From NCBI GenBank assembly GCA_021782685.1, contig JAJXUQ010000002.1, positions 1 to 30,778 of the forward strand: 30,778 bases of DNA. Direction: 5' to 3'. The position numbers and the translations under genes are program-made. The stretch's first letter is position 1, and each line of letters starts with the position of its first letter. The DNA is from a bacterium. GTDB taxonomy: Bacteria; Patescibacteriota; Minisyncoccia; Phycocordibacterales; Phycocordibacteraceae. Shown here one piece after another: positions 24,716 through 30,778 of this stretch. Below the pieces are notes generated by a model. That model had not been told where the DNA came from. It saw nothing but the letters and a program-made list of their open reading frames with translations, and made no database searches.

Positions 24716-25585
24716 ATGCACCACCAGCAGACAGTAGTCCTCTACCACGGCAAATGCCCCGACGGCTTCGGCGGCGCATACGCCGCATGGAAGAAGTTCG
24801 GCGACACTGCCGAGTACATCCCCGTCGATCACGGCGACGAACCGCCGGAAGGGCTCGCGGGAAAGGAAGTGTACCTTATCGATTTCTGCTACGAGACCGC
24901 CGAGCAGATGGATGAGCTCGCGAATGCGACAAGACGTCTTGTCGTGCTCGACCACCACGAAAGCACGAAGACGCTCGTAGAGAACGCGCCCGAGCACGTC
25001 TATGACGCCAAGCGGTCCGGAGCGACTATCGCCTGGAACTACTTTCACCCCGACACGCCCGCACCGCGGCTCATGAAGTACCTGGAAGACGGCGATCTCT
25101 ATCGCTATGCGCTTCCTGAAACGCGCGAAATCTTTTCTTACCTGTTCGTCTTGCCTCCTGCGTTCTCCGCCTGGGACGATTTCGCGCTCGGACTCGAGGA
25201 TGATATCCGTCGCGCCGACATTCTGAAGAAGGCGGAAGCGTATACGGAATTTTTCGAAGCGCTCGCAAAAACGTCGATTGAACGGGCGAAGAAAATCCGT
25301 TTTGAAGGATATGAGGTGTATTTCGCCGTCACGCACCCGGACATCACGATGAAGTCGTTTGTCGGGAACGAACTGTACAAGAAACTGCCTCCCTTCGCGC
25401 TCGTCGTAACCGCGCATCCGAACGGCTTCGGCGTTTCCATTCGTGGTGACAATACGGTTGACGTATCGAAAATCGCTGAAAAATACGGCGGCGGCGGACA
25501 TCCCGGCTCCTCCGGATTCTTCATCCCGAACGGCAGCACGATGCCGTGGATCGAGATCGACGAGCATGAAAATCCTGGCGATTGA
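24716..25585 (+). CDS. DHH/DHHA1 family phosphoesterase (oligoribonuclease-like)
   Basis: YHGKCPDGFG, LIDF, VLDHH, SGA, DGDLY, GGGGHPGSSGF. Confidence 0.88.
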   Translation: MHHQQTVVLYHGKCPDGFGGAYAAWKKFGDTAEYIPVDHGDEPPEGLAGKEVYLIDFCYETAEQMDELANATRRLVVLDHHESTKTLVENAPEHVYDAKRSGATIAWNYFHPDTPAPRLMKYLEDGDLYRYALPETREIFSYLFVLPPAFSAWDDFALGLEDDIRRADILKKAEAYTEFFEALAKTSIERAKKIRFEGYEVYFAVTHPDITMKSFVGNELYKKLPPFALVVTAHPNGFGVSIRGDNTVDVSKIAEKYGGGGHPGSSGFFIPNGSTMPWIEIDEHENPGD

Positions 25586-26738
25586 GACCTCTTGCGACGA
25601 GACCGCGGTAGCGATACTCGAAGCGCGCGGCGACGAGAAGTCGGCGCGCTTCACGGTGCTCGGGAACGCGCTCCTCTCGCAGATAGACATCCATCGGGAA
25701 TACGGCGGCGTCTTCCCCGCGCTCGCCAAGCGCGAGCACGCGAAGAACCTCGTGCCCCTCCTCGAAGCGGCGCTCGAGGAAGCGGAGCTCCTGCATGAAG
25801 ACACGCAAGCGCTGCCGGATGAGGCGCGCGCCAAGATTTCTGAAATCTTGGCGCGCGAACCCGGCCTCGCGGAAGCGTTCTTCGAATTCGTTTCCGAGTG
25901 CGAGCCGCCCGCTATCGACGCGCTCGCCGTCACCGCAGGCCCCGGCCTCGAGCCCGCGCTCTGGGTCGGCATCAATTTCGCCAAAGCGCTCGCACTTACG
26001 TGGGGAAAGCCGCTTGTCGCGGTCAACCACATGGAAGGCCACATCATGGCCGCGCTCGCGAAGAACGAAGGCGAAGAACTGATGATAGAGGACGTCGCGC
26101 TGCCGGTACTCGCGCTCCTTATCTCCGGCGGGCATACGGAACTCGTCGTGATGAAAAGGTGGCTCGAGTATACGCTTGTCGGGCAGACGCGCGACGACGC
26201 GGTGGGCGAAGCGTTCGATAAGGTCGCCCGCATGCTCGCGCTCCCCTACCCGGGCGGACCGGAAATCTCGCGCCTTGCCGAAGAGGTTAGGGCATCGGGC
26301 GTCCGGACTTCCGATTTCGAGCTTCCGCGTCCGATGATCGACTCGAACTCGTGCGATTTCTCCTTTGCCGGACTCAAGACCGCCGTGCTGTACCTTCTGA
26401 AAGATAAGCCGGGGGTGAACGAAGAGGAGAAGAAGCATATCGCGCGCGAGTTCGAGAACGCGGTGGCTGACGTGCTCTGGAGAAAGACCTCCCGCGCGCT
26501 CGAAGAGACGGGGGCGAAGACGCTCGTCATCGGCGGCGGCGTCTCCGCAAACAGACATATCCGCCGGGTCTTTACTGAAAAAATGAGAACGGAACATTCC
26601 GGAACGGCGCTCCGTATCCCTCCCGCCGCGCTCACTACCGACAACGCCATCATGATCGCGCTCGCCGGTTTCTACCGCGCGCGCCGCGAAGAGTTCACAG
26701 GCGACCCCGAAGCGAACGGGAATCGTCCGCTCGCATAA
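25566..26738 (+). CDS. tsaD: tRNA N6-threonylcarbamoyltransferase TsaD (390 aa)
   Basis: ILAIETSCDET, GPGL, NHMEGH, SGGHT, GEAFDK, SFAGLKT, TDNAIMIA. Start ATG 25566. Confidence 0.96.
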   Translation: MKILAIETSCDETAVAILEARGDEKSARFTVLGNALLSQIDIHREYGGVFPALAKREHAKNLVPLLEAALEEAELLHEDTQALPDEARAKISEILAREPGLAEAFFEFVSECEPPAIDALAVTAGPGLEPALWVGINFAKALALTWGKPLVAVNHMEGHIMAALAKNEGEELMIEDVALPVLALLISGGHTELVVMKRWLEYTLVGQTRDDAVGEAFDKVARMLALPYPGGPEISRLAEEVRASGVRTSDFELPRPMIDSNSCDFSFAGLKTAVLYLLKDKPGVNEEEKKHIAREFENAVADVLWRKTSRALEETGAKTLVIGGGVSANRHIRRVFTEKMRTEHSGTALRIPPAALTTDNAIMIALAGFYRARREEFTGDPEANGNRPLA

Positions 26739-26765
26739 GCGGCGTATTTGCTATATTCTTAGGCG

Positions 26766-28934
26766 ATGGACGAGAAATTCCTGAAGCCCTACGATTCCCG
26801 AGAAACCGAACCGCGCATCTACGAAGCCTGGGAGAAGAGCGGTTACTTCAATCCCGACAATCTCTCCGGAGACGGAAAGCCGTTCACTATCATCATGCCG
26901 CCGCCGAACGCGAACGGGTCGCTCCATGCCGGGCACGCCTTGTTCATCACGCTCGAAGACATTTTGGTCCGTTTCAAGCGCATGCAGGGATATAAGGCGC
27001 TCTGGCTCCCCGGCGCCGACCACGCGGGCTTCGAGACGCAGGTGGTGTATGAGAAGAAGCTCGAAAAAGAAGGCCGCTCGCGCTTCCAGATGGACCCGAA
27101 GGACCTGTACGACGAGATCTACGCGTTCACCGTCGAGAACAAGGCGCATATGGAGAATCAGATACGGCAACTGGGCGCTTCCTGCGACTGGTCGCGCGAG
27201 AAATTCACGCTCGACGATGCGGTAGTGAACGAGGTGCAAAAGACGTTCGTGAAAATGTTTTCAGAAGGTCTCGTCTATCGCGGGAAGCGGACCGTAAACT
27301 GGTGCCCGAAACACCAGACCTCGCTCTCGGATGTCGAGACGACGAGCGTCGAAGAGGATGCGCCGCTCTATTATTTCAAGTACGGGCCGTTCACCATCGC
27401 GACCGCGCGGCCTGAGACGAAGTTCGGCGATAAATACGTCGTCATGCACCCCGACGACGAGCGGTATGCGCAGTGGAAAGAAGGCGATACGCTCGAGGTG
27501 GAATGGATCAACGGGCCCATCACCGCGACCGTTATCAAGGACACGGCGATCGACCGGGAATTCGGCACGGGCGTCATGACCATCACGCCCTGGCACGACG
27601 CGACGGACTTCGAGATCGCGAAACGCCACGCGCTTCCCTACGAACAGGTCATCGATTGGCGCGGGAAGCTCCTCCCGATCGCCGGGGAATTCGCCGGTAT
27701 GAAGATCCTCGACGCGCGGCCGAAAATAGTCGAGAAGCTCGCGGCAAAAGGCCTGGTCGAGAACATAGACGCGTCCTACCGGCACGTCGCGAAACGCTGC
27801 TATAAATGCAACGCCTTCATCGAGCCGCAGGTACGGGATCAATGGTTCGTGAAGATGGCTCCGCTCGCGCAGATGGCGATCGAAGCGGTGAACGCGGGCG
27901 CGGTGAAGTTCATTCCCGATAACTACGAGAAGGTTTTCCGCTACTGGATGGAGAATACGCTCGACTGGAACATTTCGCGCCAGATCGTCTGGGGAATTCC
28001 GATTCCCGCATGGTTCCGCAATCGCGGCACCGACGCCGAGGAATCGGTCGCCTCGCTGCAAAGGCCGGAAGGCGCGGGATGGGAGCCGGATACGGATACT
28101 TTCGACACCTGGTTTTCGTCCGGCCAGTGGCCCCTCATCATGACCGGATTCCCTGACGGGAAGGACTACGCAACCTACTACCCGACGGATGTCATGGAGA
28201 CCGGGCATGATCTCATTTTCAAATGGATACCGCGCATGATCATCTTCGGTCTCTATCTCGGGAAGAAAGCACCCTTCCACACGGTCTATCTTCATGGGCT
28301 CGTAAACGACGCACAAGGAAAGAAGATGAGCAAATCGAAGGGCAACGTAGTGAACCCTCTCGATCTCACGGAAAAATACGGGACTGACGCGCTTCGCATG
28401 GCGCTCATCGTCGGCAACACGCCCGGCATCGACCTCGCGCTGTCCGAAGACAAGGTGCGGGGCTATAAGCACTTCGCGAACAAGCTCTGGAATATCGCGC
28501 GATTCGTGCTCGAGAATACGGCAAGCGCTCGCGAGGCGAAAACGGGTAGTAAGACTTGGCCTAGCGGCCCGGAGCGCGACCGATTTTCGCCTCGCGAGCG
28601 CGAGCTTCTCGAACAAGCCGAGACGCTTCTCGCCGACGCCACCCGAGATATCGAAGCGTACCGCATATACCTCGCCGCCGAGAAGCTCTACCACTATGTC
28701 TGGCACGAGTTCGCCGACAAGATCCTCGAAGAATCGAAACCGATACTTCAAGGAACGGACACTGCGGCGAAAGCGTCGCGCCAAGCGTTCCTGCTCCACA
28801 CTTTTGACGCGTTCCTGCGAGCCCTCCACCCGTTCATGCCCTTCGTTACCGAAGAGATCTGGCAGTCGCTTCCTGCCAAAGACGCCGCGTTCCTTATGGT
28901 TGCGCGCTGGCCTGCCGCAGATGCGGTAGAATAG
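26766..28934 (+). CDS. valS: Valine--tRNA ligase, short form (722 aa)
   Basis: PPPNANGSLHAGH, GADHAG, WNISRQIVWG, DTWFSS, KMSKSKG, LHPFMPFVTEEIW. Confidence 0.96.
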   Translation: MDEKFLKPYDSRETEPRIYEAWEKSGYFNPDNLSGDGKPFTIIMPPPNANGSLHAGHALFITLEDILVRFKRMQGYKALWLPGADHAGFETQVVYEKKLEKEGRSRFQMDPKDLYDEIYAFTVENKAHMENQIRQLGASCDWSREKFTLDDAVVNEVQKTFVKMFSEGLVYRGKRTVNWCPKHQTSLSDVETTSVEEDAPLYYFKYGPFTIATARPETKFGDKYVVMHPDDERYAQWKEGDTLEVEWINGPITATVIKDTAIDREFGTGVMTITPWHDATDFEIAKRHALPYEQVIDWRGKLLPIAGEFAGMKILDARPKIVEKLAAKGLVENIDASYRHVAKRCYKCNAFIEPQVRDQWFVKMAPLAQMAIEAVNAGAVKFIPDNYEKVFRYWMENTLDWNISRQIVWGIPIPAWFRNRGTDAEESVASLQRPEGAGWEPDTDTFDTWFSSGQWPLIMTGFPDGKDYATYYPTDVMETGHDLIFKWIPRMIIFGLYLGKKAPFHTVYLHGLVNDAQGKKMSKSKGNVVNPLDLTEKYGTDALRMALIVGNTPGIDLALSEDKVRGYKHFANKLWNIARFVLENTASAREAKTGSKTWPSGPERDRFSPRERELLEQAETLLADATRDIEAYRIYLAAEKLYHYVWHEFADKILEESKPILQGTDTAAKASRQAFLLHTFDAFLRALHPFMPFVTEEIWQSLPAKDAAFLMVARWPAADAVE

Positions 28935-28938
28935 ACAA

Positions 28939-29643
28939 GTGACCTTCACTACGCTCGGCTACGCATTTCTCGGCGGTCTTCTCCCCTCTTTCATCTGGCT
29001 CTATTTTCTCTTGAAGGAGGACGCGCGCTGTCCCGAGCCACGAGCCCTGATCGCGCTCGCGTTCGTCGCGGGAATGATCGCGGTGCCGCTCGCGCTCCCT
29101 TTGGAAGAATATGCGAAAACGCACCTGAACGACGCCCTGTCGGTCCTGGTCGCCTGGGCAATGATCGAAGAGACGCTCAAGTATGTCATGGCGGCTTCGC
29201 TCATCCTCTGGCAGCGCGCGGTCGATGAGGCGCCCGACTATGTCATCTACCTGCTGACCGTGGCGCTCGGCTTCGCCGCGGCGGAGAACATGCTTTTCCT
29301 GCTCGTACCGCTCGCCGACGGGCATGTCGCCGCAGGGATATTCACGGATGACTTGCGCTTTCTCGGGTCTACGCTGCTCCATGTCGTCGCCTCCGCGACT
29401 ATCGGTTTTGCTCTCGCATTCTCCGCCGCGCGCCGTCCGGCAACGCGCGTCGCGGTCGCGGCGCTCGGACTTATCCTCGCCGTCGCGTTGCACACTGTCT
29501 TTAACACGCTTATCATTACCAAAGGTGCTCCGACCACGCTTGCCGCCTTCTTCCTCGTCTGGATGGTCGCGGTTATCTTCTTCGCTGCGTTCGAAGTGCT
29601 TAAATATTTTCAGTACCGCAATACCTCTAATAACACTCTCTAA
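28939..29643 (+). CDS. prsW: PrsW family intramembrane metalloprotease
   Basis: Multi-TM; IEETLK (EExxK), LGFAAAEN, LLH, LHTVFN. Confidence 0.85.
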   Translation: MTFTTLGYAFLGGLLPSFIWLYFLLKEDARCPEPRALIALAFVAGMIAVPLALPLEEYAKTHLNDALSVLVAWAMIEETLKYVMAASLILWQRAVDEAPDYVIYLLTVALGFAAAENMLFLLVPLADGHVAAGIFTDDLRFLGSTLLHVVASATIGFALAFSAARRPATRVAVAALGLILAVALHTVFNTLIITKGAPTTLAAFFLVWMVAVIFFAAFEVLKYFQYRNTSNNTL

Positions 29644-29645
29644 GT

Positions 29646-30149
29646 ATGAAGCACTCATTCTTTGATCGTCTGTATGGCGGCGCGCCGACCGGCGGCGCTT
29701 TCGATTCTTTCGATGACGAGCTGCCGAACGCGACGATCCCCGCGCGCAAAGAGCCGTCCGAGCGCTCGCGCGGAACGGAAAACCGTTCCCTCCCGCTTGA
29801 TGACGCCCCCTCCGGAGACGAAGGACAGCTTCCGGTCGACGTGCATCAGACTGCGGGCGATATCGTGATACGCGCTTTCGTCGCGGGCGTCCGTCCTGAC
29901 GAGCTCAATATCTCCATAAGCCGCGATATGGTCGAGATTGACGGGTCCCGCATGGAACGCGAACAGATTTCCGGTCCAGATTATTTCACGCGCGAGCTCT
30001 TCTGGGGCTCGTTCTCTCGTACGATCCTCCTCCCGCAAGAGATCGATGTCGAAGCTTCTTCAGCGAGCGCCAAAGACGGCCTGCTCACCATCATCCTTCC
30101 CAAGCTCGATAAGGCGAAGCAGACGAAACTGCGCGTGAAGTCGGGCTAG
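29646..30149 (+). CDS. Hsp20/alpha-crystallin small heat-shock protein
   Basis: VDVHQT..IVIRAFVAGV, ELFWGSFSRTILLP, AKDGLLTIILPK. Confidence 0.92.
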   Translation: MKHSFFDRLYGGAPTGGAFDSFDDELPNATIPARKEPSERSRGTENRSLPLDDAPSGDEGQLPVDVHQTAGDIVIRAFVAGVRPDELNISISRDMVEIDGSRMEREQISGPDYFTRELFWGSFSRTILLPQEIDVEASSASAKDGLLTIILPKLDKAKQTKLRVKSG

Positions 30150-30162
30150 CGCCGCGGCGTAC

Positions 30163-30778
30163 TCATTTCAGCGTTACCGTCTGCTCCTCGGGCGGGAGCG
30201 CGACCTGTTCGACGGTAAACGGCAAGTAGGCGATACGCCGGCCGTCCGACGTTTCTATGCTCACGCGCCACTGCCCCGCCGCATCTATGCGTACCGTCGA
30301 ATACCCCCGATACCCGCCGTCGCGGCCGCCGACTATCGGGTAGGCGATAACCGCTTTCGTCACCCATTGCCCTGCCGCCGGATCATACCACTGCCACCGG
30401 TGCACGATGGTCGTAGTGAGCATCGTCGGCGCAAAGACCGCGCTATACGCGGAGAGAGACTCTCCGGGAACGACATGCAAAGTCGGCGGGAAACCGAGAT
30501 AGCGAACCTGCCAGGGTTCCGCCTCGCTTTCCGCCATATATGCGCCCGGAACGCGCCACACGGAATGATACACGCCAGCCGCCTCCGCCGAGAGCGGCAG
30601 GGGCGGCAGGATATTCGTGAAATAGAAGACGTTCATAAGCACGAGCACGGCGAGCGCTCCGGCGCGAATACGGGAAAGGTCGGTGCGGAAGCGCTCGGGC
30701 GCAAGAACGCGCAAAAGAGCGACGAATACCGCAAAGACTCCGATCGACGCCGCCCCGCTCTCAAGAAAAGAGAGCGTC
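30163..30778 (-). CDS. DUF2914-family membrane protein (partial, 5' end outside window)
   Basis: TM segments then SAVFAP..IVHRWQ..GGRDGGYRGYS..GQWRVSIET. The frame stays open to the window edge. Confidence 0.75.
   Translation of the reverse strand, partial: TLSFLESGAASIGVFAVFVALLRVLAPERFRTDLSRIRAGALAVLVLMNVFYFTNILPPLPLSAEAAGVYHSVWRVPGAYMAESEAEPWQVRYLGFPPTLHVVPGESLSAYSAVFAPTMLTTTIVHRWQWYDPAAGQWVTKAVIAYPIVGGRDGGYRGYSTVRIDAAGQWRVSIETSDGRRIAYLPFTVEQVALPPEEQTVTLK

Noticed and set aside
1350-25565. ORF-track starts at 1350, 2698, 3308, 6781, 11955, 19340, 22947, 23612 and 25443
   Set aside because: The extensions overlap neighbouring genes or promoters and are non-homologous. Downstream starts fit family N-termini, stop/start overlaps or -10 spacing.
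4616-28949. Long antisense or alternate-frame ORFs (4616-5671, 7911-9488, 9595-10506, 19541-21202, 24656-26233, 27261-28949 and others)
   Set aside because: They shadow well-supported genes, have no motifs, and are expected from GC-rich codon bias.

Overview
A compact, GC-rich bacterial chromosome segment. The gene set (short ValRS, degenerate HisRS paralogue, ybeY-ftsA-ftsZ without ftsQ, PrsW, DUF2914, almost no Shine-Dalgarno motifs) suggests Patescibacteria/CPR, Parcubacteria-like; this is inference. There are two housekeeping blocks: about 1-7.7 kb (S1-domain end, pth, lepB, HisRS-like, rpsU, ybeY, ftsA, ftsZ, trxB-like) and about 19.5-30.8 kb (MacAB-like ABC trio, tRNA-Val, two RNA methyltransferases, DHH phosphoesterase, tsaD, valS, PrsW, Hsp20, DUF2914). 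Between them is an accessory stretch: an orphan fused cytochrome b6-like protein, an HD-domain protein, a cupin, a NYN RNase, a secreted protein, tRNA-Ser and tRNA-Glu. After it comes a 6.4-kb AT-richer element (13027-19456) integrated at the 3' end of tRNA-Glu, carrying a large serine recombinase and a single-chain restriction-modification enzyme. Main discoveries: (1) the recombinase gene is split by its own att site, and joining the two 6-bp TCACAA cores restores an in-frame 35-aa C-terminus parked 6.4 kb away; (2) a near-consensus promoter with no ORF would make a ~50-nt hairpin RNA convergent on the NYN RNase stop codon, next to a 65-bp palindrome centred between back-to-back promoters; (3) -10 boxes sit 6-8 nt before start codons throughout, implying leaderless mRNAs; (4) a switch-like structured leader lies inside the element; (5) the 5' end of tRNA-Glu is duplicated. 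No CRISPR array or rRNA was seen. Nothing here was database-searched.
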